From Candidatus Shapirobacteria bacterium (lineage in GTDB: Bacteria; Patescibacteriota; Microgenomatia; UBA12405; UBA6130): a stretch of DNA of 54,146 nucleotides. Shown here in pieces: positions 10,317-19,043 of this stretch. The stretch covers positions 1-54,146 of the forward strand of contig JALWDZ010000005.1 of assembly GCA_027039485.1 (NCBI GenBank). Direction: 5' to 3'. A model generated the notes under the pieces. That model had not been told where the DNA came from, did not search any database, and worked only from the letters and a program-made list of their open reading frames with translations. The first letter of the stretch is position 1; the number at the start of each line of letters is the position of its first letter. Both the position numbers and the translations under genes were made by a program.

Positions 10317-11456
10317 ATGAAAATTCTAATGACCCTCAGCTACTACCGCCCCAATATTAGCGGCATCACCTACTATGCCGACCAGCTGGCCCGAACCCTT
10401 AGCCAAAAACATCGGGTCACCATTCTTACCGGCCAACACCAAAAAACCTTACCCCGGCGGGAAGTTGTTAACCGCCGCCTCGTTGTTTATCGAGCCGCCG
10501 TCTGGAAACGCCTCAATAAGGGCTTAATCATGCCTACCTATCCAATTTGGGCCTGGCGCCTCGTCCGCCAAAATCAGTTAGTCATTCTTCACGCCCCCCA
10601 GCCAGAAGGCTTCTGGGTTGCCCTTTTTGCCTGGCTTTTCCGGCGCCCCCTCATCGTTGTTCACCACTGCGACTTTTTCTTTCCTTCTTCTTGGCTCAAC
10701 GCCAGCCTTGGCTTTCTTGTTCGCCTCCTCCACCACTTTATTTACGCCTGGGCTACAGCTATCGTTATCTACACCCTTGATTATGGCCAATTCTCCCCTC
10801 TTACCCGAAAGCGCCTCCTCAAGGCTGAGGTAATTTTACCCCCTATCAAACTTCCTCCAGAACACCAGCCGGCCCAGTTGCCAACGGCCCGAGTTAAAAT
10901 TGGCTTTGTGGGTCGTTTAGGCTGGGAAAAAGGGTTGCCGGTCCTCCTGAAAGCCATTCCTCATCTGGCTCGGCGACTAAATGATTTCAAAATCATCCTC
11001 ATCGGCCCCCAGCCGGTAGGCGACACTTCCTTCCAAAAAGTAAAACCGCTTCTGGCAAAATATCGTCACTATCTGTACTTTACCGGGCCAATAGCCCGCC
11101 AAGACCTGGCTGCTTATTACCGCCAATTTAATTGTTTAGTCCTGCCCAGCACTAGCTCGTTGGAAAGTTTTGGGATTGTCCAGCCAGAGGCCATGGTTAG
11201 CGGCTGCCCGGTAGTGGCCAGCAATCTCCCCGGAGTCCGCGTTCCCGTCCAAATGACTGGCATGGGAGAGTTGGTTGTTCCCGGTGATAGTGCCGATTTA
11301 GCCGCTAAAGTATTACAGGTCGTTCAACATCCGTCCCGTTATCGGCAAACAAAATTAGCTCGGCAAATTTTTGCCTTCCAAAATTTTATTGCTGCTTGGC
11401 AACAATTAATTGCCAATACCGTTGCGGTGGCCAAGCTTGGCGGCGGCAAAAAATAA
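10317..11456 (+). CDS. Glycosyltransferase family 4
   Basis: YYRPNISG, FVGRLGWEKG, ESFGIVQPEAM (EX7E). Confidence 0.9.
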   Translation: MKILMTLSYYRPNISGITYYADQLARTLSQKHRVTILTGQHQKTLPRREVVNRRLVVYRAAVWKRLNKGLIMPTYPIWAWRLVRQNQLVILHAPQPEGFWVALFAWLFRRPLIVVHHCDFFFPSSWLNASLGFLVRLLHHFIYAWATAIVIYTLDYGQFSPLTRKRLLKAEVILPPIKLPPEHQPAQLPTARVKIGFVGRLGWEKGLPVLLKAIPHLARRLNDFKIILIGPQPVGDTSFQKVKPLLAKYRHYLYFTGPIARQDLAAYYRQFNCLVLPSTSSLESFGIVQPEAMVSGCPVVASNLPGVRVPVQMTGMGELVVPGDSADLAAKVLQVVQHPSRYRQTKLARQIFAFQNFIAAWQQLIANTVAVAKLGGGKK

Positions 11457-13029
11457 ATACTTCGGGATGATCGTAAACAGTAAACATTTCTTCGGCCGAA
11501 CGATCATTAATGGTAAGCAAATTTTTGCCCCGCCAACTCAAGCCAGGAAAATTAACAAAGTGTTGGCAAAGCCGAAAGTTTAATTTGCCAGCAAAAAGAA
11601 GACGGTAAAAACGGGCGGCATAAGGATAACGATCGGGCACCCGGGGAATAGATCCCCAAAGGCGATTGGAAGAAAGAATAAGATAGTCTAAATGGGATAA
11701 TTGTTGAACAATTTGTTGCCATTTCGCCGAATTATCGGGAGCAAACAAGTCTAAGGTTTCCTGCGAATACCGGAATGCACTCTGGCCATCAAGAGGAAGC
11801 GGTAGGCAATCATCCCAATACTCACAAGAAATCGTTGCACCCGGCGGTACTTGCTGGTATATCCATCGTGACGCCGCCAACCGCGAAAGGGGCTGGCGAT
11901 AAATGTTCACAAAAAGTAGCGGCCAGGTGATATAAAAAGTGATCAAAATAATTCGTGTTATTAAATGTGAACATTTAGGCCAAAGATAATTACTATGGAA
12001 TTTGCTCAAAAAGAGGGCAATTGCCGGATAAATAGGAAGAAAATATCGTCCCGCTTTGGCAAACTGGGCTCCCTGAAAGCCAAATACTAAAAGAATCCAA
12101 AGAAAAGCCCAAACTAAAATTTCTTCTTGCCACCAGCGGTAGAGAAATAAACTGGCCAGAAAAGCAAGGCTTAAGGGAATCCCTAATTCCCAGAAAAAAA
12201 TGTTCCGGGCTGGAAAAACCCAGGCTGGCCGCCGTAGCCATTGGACACTGGGGGGAAACCAAACATCAGGCCGCGACCAGTGGCGCAGTTGTTGCCAGCT
12301 TTGCCAAAAAGAAGGGTTTAGCCGCCAGCCTTGAAAATAAATTGGCGCTGCCAAATAAACTCCAAAAAAAGTCGCCCCCAGCAAAAGCAATTCCGCCAGC
12401 AAAAGCTTTTGCCAACGGCGGCGGTGCTGCCAGAAGAGAAAAAAGCTCAAAAAAATTACCCCCAAAAAGGCAGAAATTTTGGCTGCCAAAGCTAAGCCTA
12501 AACTAAAACCAGCCAGAACGAGCCAGCCCGGATGCTGATGCCGCCGATATTGCCAGGCGGCAACAAAACTAGCCCAGAGGAAAAAATTAAGGAAGGGGTC
12601 AACAGTATAAAAATGGCTTAGTTGGATCGGCAAAACCATAAGGGCGTAGAAAAAAGGCGCCCAAATATCCTTGCTAACTAGAAAAAGCAAGATCATGACC
12701 CCGCTGTCAACCAAAGCCGCTAAAATACGCCCCATAAGGGTTAGGTGATCGTAGTCAGTCCAATGAAAAAATTCCCCGCCAGCCTTGGTTAGCCAAAGAG
12801 GTAAAGGACCGTAGACAAAAAAACGGAAACCACGATTAAAAGGATTAAGGGGCGAGTGCGCGGTTTGAAAATATTCCCCTAACGAAGAGGGCCAATCGAG
12901 GCGAAGAGTAACCATGGTCAAAAAGCGGCCGTCAGGGTGGAGATGTTGATTGCGATCCCAATTGAAATGATAAAGGCGGCCCGCAAGGCCCAAAAGAAAA
13001 ATCGCTAAAACAAGCAGCCAGCGCTTCAT
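11386..13029 (-). CDS. GT-C/ArnT-PMT-like membrane glycosyltransferase
   Basis: NWD..HLHPDG, FFVYGPLP, IQLSHFYTVD, EEMFTVYDHP; paralogous to 13669-15186. Confidence 0.7.
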   Translation of the reverse strand: MKRWLLVLAIFLLGLAGRLYHFNWDRNQHLHPDGRFLTMVTLRLDWPSSLGEYFQTAHSPLNPFNRGFRFFVYGPLPLWLTKAGGEFFHWTDYDHLTLMGRILAALVDSGVMILLFLVSKDIWAPFFYALMVLPIQLSHFYTVDPFLNFFLWASFVAAWQYRRHQHPGWLVLAGFSLGLALAAKISAFLGVIFLSFFLFWQHRRRWQKLLLAELLLLGATFFGVYLAAPIYFQGWRLNPSFWQSWQQLRHWSRPDVWFPPSVQWLRRPAWVFPARNIFFWELGIPLSLAFLASLFLYRWWQEEILVWAFLWILLVFGFQGAQFAKAGRYFLPIYPAIALFLSKFHSNYLWPKCSHLITRIILITFYITWPLLFVNIYRQPLSRLAASRWIYQQVPPGATISCEYWDDCLPLPLDGQSAFRYSQETLDLFAPDNSAKWQQIVQQLSHLDYLILSSNRLWGSIPRVPDRYPYAARFYRLLFAGKLNFRLCQHFVNFPGLSWRGKNLLTINDRSAEEMFTVYDHPEVFIFCRRQAWPPQRYWQLIVAKQQ

Positions 13030-13079
13030 AGCCTATTTTAACGGCTGGAAAAGAAAAACTAAACCTTCTAAAATAGGGC

Positions 13080-13682
13080 ATGGCCGAGAATTTGGAACAA
13101 ATTGCCGCTGAAATTAACCGCTGTCAAAAATGCCCTCTGGCCAAAATGGCTACCCAAGCTGTCCCCGGCGCCGGCAATCCAAAAGCTAAAATCGTTTTCA
13201 TCGGCGAAGCGCCCGGCTACTGGGAGGACCAAAAAGGCATTCCTTTTGTCGGTGCCGCCGGCCATCTGCTCGATAAGCTTCTGGCTTCAATCAACCTTCG
13301 CCGGGAAGAAATTTTTATCACCAATATTCTCAAACACCGCCCGCCCAACAATCGCGATCCCCTCCCGGCTGAAATTAAAACTTGCAGTCCTTTCTTACGC
13401 CGCCAACTTTTAGTTATCCAGCCGGAGGTTATTGTAACTCTAGGCCGGTTTGCCATGAACTTCTTTCTCCCCCATGCCTATATTTCCCGGGTTCACGGCG
13501 AAGCAAAACCGGTCCGCTGGGAAGGGCTTGACCTTCTTCTTGTTCCTATGTACCATCCTGCCGCCGCCCTGCGCAACGGCCAGGTAATGCAACAACTACA
13601 AGATGATTTCCAAAAGTTGGCCGCCATCCTTCACCAAGAGGAAAAACCCGCTCCGCCGCCGGAACAAACTAGTCTTTTTTGA
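13080..13682 (+). CDS. Uracil-DNA glycosylase family 4 (Fe-S)
   Basis: CQKC, GEAPG, PFVG, KHRPPNNR, YHPAAALR; ends in QTSLF. Confidence 0.92.
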   Translation: MAENLEQIAAEINRCQKCPLAKMATQAVPGAGNPKAKIVFIGEAPGYWEDQKGIPFVGAAGHLLDKLLASINLRREEIFITNILKHRPPNNRDPLPAEIKTCSPFLRRQLLVIQPEVIVTLGRFAMNFFLPHAYISRVHGEAKPVRWEGLDLLLVPMYHPAAALRNGQVMQQLQDDFQKLAAILHQEEKPAPPPEQTSLF

Positions 13683-15186
13683 CTCGCGTCCAAATTCGAA
13701 TTGTCGGGTGGTCAAAAACAGTCCAGGTTTCCTCGCTGGCTAGGTCGCTCCCCAAAAACATATTTAGCCACCTAGGCCAGGGAGTAATAACTTTTTCTTC
13801 CCGAAAGCCTAGCCGGCCAGAAAAAAGCTGGCGGTAAAAAGCAGCCGCTTTAGGAAACCGCTCGGCAAGGGGCAAATAATTAGCAAAAACGCGCCGCGAC
13901 GCCAAAACAATCTTGTCTGCTTGTGGCAAATAGCGGGCCAGTTTTTGTTGCTCCGCCCGGTTAGCGTCGAGATGATAAAAGTCAACGACTAGAATTCGGA
14001 GATCATTTTGGTTGTCTAGCGGCAATAAATAAACATTGCCCGTTTCTTCTAAAAGGGTAGTCCCGGGCGGTAATTGGTTCAACCAACGGCTAGCCCGCCA
14101 ACGGGTGTCGGGGCGCAAATAAAGGGAAAAGAACAAAAGGCCCGGGAGAAGGAAAAGGGCCAAGCCTCCATAAAAAAGCCGCCGGCGGGTAAAAAAACCT
14201 CGCCAAAACCAGCTCGCCAGCAAAAGCGCAAATGGGACTAGGGGGAGAGTAAAGCGCACCCATTTTACCCAGAGAAACAAATTTGCCATCCAGGCTAAAA
14301 CCGGCAAATAAAGCCAGCCAGTTTTGGCAAACCGAGCTATGTGCTTAAATCCCAAAAAGAGAGCTGGAAAAAAGGCCAAGAAAAGAGGCAAGCCTAGGAC
14401 CCAGGGAAACACTTTTTGCAATTGAAAAAGAAGGGGTTTAGTGCCAGCAAACTGCCAAGTATAAAAAATCGGCACCTGGCCACGGGCAATATTGCTTTCA
14501 TATTGGACCGTCCGCCAAACCGCAAGAGGATTTTGCCAATAAATAGGCGATAGTACCATAGCCAAAATTACAGCCAGAAAAGGCCCGAGAGCTATTATTG
14601 CCTTTTTCTTCTGCCGCCAGGCCCAGTAACTAAAAATTAGTTCGGCCGGCAAAACAAATGCCAGAGCGCTAACTTTGGTGGCCAAGGCCAGGCCGAAAAC
14701 AAAATGCAGGCCCCAGCCGGCTTTCTGGTTACCCTCAGCAAAAAGACCCAAAAAATAAACCGTCAAAAAAAGTTCTAAAGTCAGAAGTGTTTCGGTGGTG
14801 CCAAAATGGGCTGCCTGAATTAGGCCAGGGCTAAAAATCAGCAATAAGGGAAAAAGCCAAACCGGCCGCCAGCAGCGCCAGCGGCTCCAAAAGAATCCAG
14901 CTAATACTAAAAGGGTTCCTGCCAAAGCCGAGAGAAAACGCAACCCATAGATAGCCCCTGGAAAAGATAACCCGCCGGGCCACAACCGGCCAAAAAGGCT
15001 AACCAAAAGGAGTGGAAATTCTCCATAAGCATAAAAATGGGGATCGCCGGTTTTTTGGAGAGATATAATTCCCCACCCCATATTATTTTCATCGGGATGA
15101 AAAAAGAAACCCTGCCCCCAATTAAGCCCACCAAAACGGGTAATGACTGCCAAAACAAGGAGAATTACCAAAACCCGCTTAGCCAT
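13669..15186 (-). CDS. GT-C/ArnT-PMT-like membrane glycosyltransferase
   Basis: FFHPDENN, FYAYGEFP, IQAAHFGTTE, EETWTVFDHP; many TM helices. Confidence 0.72.
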   Translation of the reverse strand: MAKRVLVILLVLAVITRFGGLNWGQGFFFHPDENNMGWGIISLQKTGDPHFYAYGEFPLLLVSLFGRLWPGGLSFPGAIYGLRFLSALAGTLLVLAGFFWSRWRCWRPVWLFPLLLIFSPGLIQAAHFGTTETLLTLELFLTVYFLGLFAEGNQKAGWGLHFVFGLALATKVSALAFVLPAELIFSYWAWRQKKKAIIALGPFLAVILAMVLSPIYWQNPLAVWRTVQYESNIARGQVPIFYTWQFAGTKPLLFQLQKVFPWVLGLPLFLAFFPALFLGFKHIARFAKTGWLYLPVLAWMANLFLWVKWVRFTLPLVPFALLLASWFWRGFFTRRRLFYGGLALFLLPGLLFFSLYLRPDTRWRASRWLNQLPPGTTLLEETGNVYLLPLDNQNDLRILVVDFYHLDANRAEQQKLARYLPQADKIVLASRRVFANYLPLAERFPKAAAFYRQLFSGRLGFREEKVITPWPRWLNMFLGSDLASEETWTVFDHPTIRIWTRVKKD

Positions 15187-16105
15187 AGAGAATCAGAATG
15201 ATCATCACCCCCCAAAGAAATACCGAGCCTAAGAGGGTGCCGCTAGCGGCCAATAATTTTTCCGGCTGTTCGCTTTCGGGGCGACCATGAAAAACTAGCC
15301 GGCCATACTCCATGATGCCGGTAATAACCGGGAAAATTGTCAGCATTAACCATTTGCGATCCATCAAAAGATAAGAGCGTAACCCAAAAAGGGAGCGGAA
15401 ATATTGGTTAGCAAATGACTGGGGACCAGCAAAATAGGTAAAAAGCGAATACGACAAAAGCGTGGAAACGCCAAAAAGGGAAAGATAAAAGTCAAGCAAG
15501 GTTAGGCGATAATTTTTAAGAGCGGGGCGCGTTTTGCTGCCCTCATGGACCCATTCTCCCCGCCGCTTGCCGGCAGCAATGAAAAGAGCCAGAAAGACGA
15601 CTGTAAAAAAGAGCCAAACTGGTAAATGGTAGCCGCTTACCAGCTCACCGCTGAAAGCTCGGATAATAAAGGAGGTGGCAATGGCGGCAATATCCCAAAG
15701 CACTAATTTTTTCAACCAAAGAGTATAAGCAAGATGAAGCCCGAAGAAAAAAAGCATCAAAAGGGCAAACGGCCAACCCAACAAAACTGCCAAACTAAAA
15801 CCGGCTAAAAAAAGAATAAAAATTAGGCTGATGGCTTCTGAAGGAGTTACCTGGCCAGCGGCTAGAGGGCGCTGCTTCTTCAAGGGGTGACGGCGGTCAA
15901 AAGGCGCATCCAAAAGGTCGTTAAAAATATAGGAAGCCGAGGATAACAAGCAAAGCACTACAAATGCCAAAAAAACTTGATAAAAAAGTTGGGCGTTAAA
16001 AAGCTGGCCGGTAAAAATAATGGCAGCAAAAGCGGCCAAATTTTTAGCCCACTGCCAGGGGCGGAACAAAATTAGATAATTTTTAAAGCGCCGGCTAAAA
16101 TTCAT
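15179..16105 (-). CDS. UbiA-family prenyltransferase, decaprenyl-phosphate phosphoribosyltransferase-like
   Basis: RPWQWAKN, YIFNDLLD..DRRHPLK..RPLAAG, KRRGE, RPALKNY motifs typical of the DPPR-synthase clade. Confidence 0.8.
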   Translation of the reverse strand: MNFSRRFKNYLILFRPWQWAKNLAAFAAIIFTGQLFNAQLFYQVFLAFVVLCLLSSASYIFNDLLDAPFDRRHPLKKQRPLAAGQVTPSEAISLIFILFLAGFSLAVLLGWPFALLMLFFFGLHLAYTLWLKKLVLWDIAAIATSFIIRAFSGELVSGYHLPVWLFFTVVFLALFIAAGKRRGEWVHEGSKTRPALKNYRLTLLDFYLSLFGVSTLLSYSLFTYFAGPQSFANQYFRSLFGLRSYLLMDRKWLMLTIFPVITGIMEYGRLVFHGRPESEQPEKLLAASGTLLGSVFLWGVMIILILYG

Positions 16106-17399
16106 TGCCCAATAACCATAAATAACCGCCAAAACTTAAGGTCAGAAAGATAACCGCTAGCAAAAAGACGCTAAATGATCCTGGGCCAGTATTAGGAATT
16201 CCGCTAGCGGTAGCAGTAATTCCGGGAGTAGCGGTTGGCATAATCGTTGGTGTTGGCGAGGGCGCTAAGGTTGCTGTCGCCGAAGCGGTAAAAGCCGGCT
16301 CCGGCCCATCGTCGGCCGCTAAGACAGTAAAATGGCGGGTAAAAGTTTGTTCATTTCCCTGGGGATCATAATAGTGAACCGTTAAGGTGTGATCGCCGGG
16401 AGCCAAATTATCAGGTATTGTCCAGCTCCACTGTTGGTCATCCCCAATAGGAATATCGGCGCTTACCACTGGCTTTTCCGAATGGATTTCGATTTTTACC
16501 CGCCCGCCAGCCGCCCCCTGGCCAAAAATTTGCGGCTGACGAGTGTTGATTTTCTCGCCCTCATTGGGATTCAAAATCTTAAAAGGCGCCGGCGTCGGCG
16601 ATACCCCTGTTTCCGGCAACAATTTGGCGGCAGTGGTTGGCAAAGGCGTCGGAGTTGTTTTCTGACGGAAATCGTCATTTTGGCCTAAAATAATCGGCGG
16701 CACCGGTTGGTTTTGGGCTACCACATTGCGCACTACGGTTGCCGCATTAACCTGGCGAATTACCCGGATTGTTTCTTCTGTTGCCGGGTCTAGCTTAGGA
16801 TTAAACTTGGCTAATTGGGCGTCAAAAGCCACGCTCAGAGGAATTACCCAATGTCCTTCCGAGGAGACTAAAGAAGAAAGCGGCGCCAGGCCGGGAATAT
16901 TTAAGTAAACAATGGCTCCAGCGGCCGGGGCACCGCCAGGGAGTCGAACATCCCCGTAAGCCAAATTTGCTACCGGCAACATCCCAGCTATCGGCGGCGC
17001 TAATTTCACCTGATAAGCAGCCGCTTGGTAACGCCGCCCGCCTGAAATAATTACAAATGTATACCGCTGGCCTGCTTCCAAACCACGGTTTACAATCACA
17101 TAGTGAGTAGTGAAATTGCCATCGCCGCGGCTATCCCAAAAAATCGCCTCTTTGCCCAAATTTAAGGCCACTTCTCCTTTAGTAGGCTGAGCTGTTAACC
17201 AGCTAACCACAAAAGAACGATCGGTAACATTGGCAATCTGCACCCCCCGAGGAGATGAATCTCCACTAGCTCTTCCCCGTAAAACCGCCTGGCGACGGAC
17301 CAAAATTACCCCTATGCCTAGAGCCAGCAATAAAATTACGCCCAAAAAAGAAGGGATCGCTTTTCTCGCCCCCAATTTTGTTTTTATTTTTTCTACCAT
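16095..17399 (-). CDS. Surface protein with FN3-like and Ig-like domains, Pro/Thr-rich linkers, N- and C-terminal TM segments
   Basis: NVTDRSFVVSW...THYV (FN3-like), WSWT...LAPGDHTLTV (Ig-like), PT-rich tails. Confidence 0.65.
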   Translation of the reverse strand: MVEKIKTKLGARKAIPSFLGVILLLALGIGVILVRRQAVLRGRASGDSSPRGVQIANVTDRSFVVSWLTAQPTKGEVALNLGKEAIFWDSRGDGNFTTHYVIVNRGLEAGQRYTFVIISGGRRYQAAAYQVKLAPPIAGMLPVANLAYGDVRLPGGAPAAGAIVYLNIPGLAPLSSLVSSEGHWVIPLSVAFDAQLAKFNPKLDPATEETIRVIRQVNAATVVRNVVAQNQPVPPIILGQNDDFRQKTTPTPLPTTAAKLLPETGVSPTPAPFKILNPNEGEKINTRQPQIFGQGAAGGRVKIEIHSEKPVVSADIPIGDDQQWSWTIPDNLAPGDHTLTVHYYDPQGNEQTFTRHFTVLAADDGPEPAFTASATATLAPSPTPTIMPTATPGITATASGIPNTGPGSFSVFLLAVIFLTLSFGGYLWLLGNEF

Positions 17400-17406
17400 T
17401 TCATTT

Positions 17407-17784
17407 TTAGCTTGCTCCGGCGCTAGCTTCGCTCGGAGTGGCAGCCGGCGAACTTATTTGGGCTGCGCTCTGGCTAGCCGGCGTCACCGTTGGCAAAACT
17501 TCTAATGGTTCTGACGTTGCTTCCGCCGCCTGGCTCCCGTTTCTTTCGCTCCAGTTAATGGCCACCTCCCTAAGATCATAATAGCGCAATTTAGCCACCG
17601 TTGGTACCACTTCTAAAGGAAGGGCAGTGTTAAAACGCACCGCCCGAAAGGAAACCGAAGCCAATTGCCCCCGCGCATTTAGGCGCTGATAGCCTCCTCT
17701 AACTAGATCAATGGTCACCAAAAGAGTGGTAATTAACAAAACAGCAATAAGCCAATGCCAAAAACGCTTAGCTGTATTTTTCAT
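17407..17784 (-). CDS. Hypothetical membrane-anchored protein
   Basis: ATGA overlap with the pilO-like gene, one TM helix, Ala/Ser/Thr-rich tail. Confidence 0.55.
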   Translation of the reverse strand: MKNTAKRFWHWLIAVLLITTLLVTIDLVRGGYQRLNARGQLASVSFRAVRFNTALPLEVVPTVAKLRYYDLREVAINWSERNGSQAAEATSEPLEVLPTVTPASQSAAQISSPAATPSEASAGAS

Positions 17785-18449
17785 CGCTTTTTCTGCCTTG
17801 CTTTTGGCGACCAAAAAAGCAACCTGCCCCGTAATTGCAATTTTATTCCCGCAATTTCCTCCTCGCCTTCAATCTTGAGAGGGCTAAGCTTAAAGCTATT
17901 TACCTGGATCACCCGCCGGACGCGAGTAGTCTCCTGAAGAAAATTTTTAATCGCCGGATAATCGCCAACTAACTGAAGAGTAAAATCAAGCGCCCCTGGT
18001 TGCCGTGTCTGCCGGGGGGGCACTATTTTGCCAAAATTAACATCTGCCACCGTTAATTTATTGTCCAAAGCTAGCCCCAAAACTTGAGCTAGGCCGGATG
18101 TCAAAGCTAAAGAATGGGGATAATACTCTTCCAAAATATTCATCTTGCCTGCCAGCTGGGCGAAAGCGTCTTGGGCCACAATTATCTGGTTTATAGTCTG
18201 TGTTTCCTGGCGTACCAGTCGGCGTTTAGTTTTTATTTGCCCCACAAGATCGGTTATTGCCAAGACAGCCGGCCGGAGCGCAAAAAGCAAAAGAAAAAAC
18301 AAAAGCAAGAGGGAGAAAACAGTTTCTAAATAAAGCCAGTTACGGGGATTTTCTTCCCAAGCGCGCAATTTCTGGCTTTCGAAAAGCAAAATTTTGGTTT
18401 TTAGGCTATTCTTTAGTTTCCCAAATGGAACTGCTATTTCCTTCTTCAT
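17781..18449 (-). CDS. pilO: Type IV pilus assembly PilO-like protein
   Basis: TM helix, coiled coil, then GDYPAIKNFL...RRVIQVNSF; follows a PilN-like gene. Confidence 0.65.
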   Translation of the reverse strand: MKKEIAVPFGKLKNSLKTKILLFESQKLRAWEENPRNWLYLETVFSLLLLFFLLLFALRPAVLAITDLVGQIKTKRRLVRQETQTINQIIVAQDAFAQLAGKMNILEEYYPHSLALTSGLAQVLGLALDNKLTVADVNFGKIVPPRQTRQPGALDFTLQLVGDYPAIKNFLQETTRVRRVIQVNSFKLSPLKIEGEEEIAGIKLQLRGRLLFWSPKARQKKR

Positions 18450-18452
18450 GCT

Positions 18453-19013
18453 CTAATTAGCTAAAAGAACAGAAATATGTAATCTAGTGCCAGCCTGCAA
18501 ACTGTCGCGCTCCCCCCGGCCGACATCAATGCTCTTCACCCTCCGGTCACGGCTTAATTTATTAATAAAGCTGGCCAGTTCGCCTTCTGAATTAACATCT
18601 AAAACAAAATCCATTCGCCGTTGACCATTTGTTGCTGCCGGAACCACCTGGACACTGGTTACCCGCAAATTAGCCGGCAAGTCGTCTTCCAAAATAGTTA
18701 ATGGTTGGGCAGGATTCTTTCTCTGTTTTAAAGTTGCGGCAATTGTTTCCAACCAATTGGCAACCTGAAGATATTCTTGGCGGAACTGGCGAGTAGAGTC
18801 TATAACCGCCTGTTTTTCCTGGAGCATTTCTGTTAAATCGTTATTGCGCGCATCCAACCAGAAACGGGAAATAAAAGCTGAAAAGACTACCAATTCAGTT
18901 ATCAGGACCATAAAACGGCCTGGACCAGTCATCCAATTGGTAAGCCTTTCCCAAAAATAGCCAGCTGGGTTTTCAGGACCCAAAAGTGAGATTTTTTTCT
19001 TTTTCCCCATCAT
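18453..19013 (-). CDS. pilN: Type IV pilus assembly PilN-like protein
   Basis: ISLL, GRFMVLITELVV..FISRFWLD, coiled coil, LPANLRVTSV. Confidence 0.6.
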   Translation of the reverse strand: MMGKKKKISLLGPENPAGYFWERLTNWMTGPGRFMVLITELVVFSAFISRFWLDARNNDLTEMLQEKQAVIDSTRQFRQEYLQVANWLETIAATLKQRKNPAQPLTILEDDLPANLRVTSVQVVPAATNGQRRMDFVLDVNSEGELASFINKLSRDRRVKSIDVGRGERDSLQAGTRLHISVLLAN

Positions 19014-19043
19014 CTTCAGTATAGGCTAAAAGCGAAGATGATG

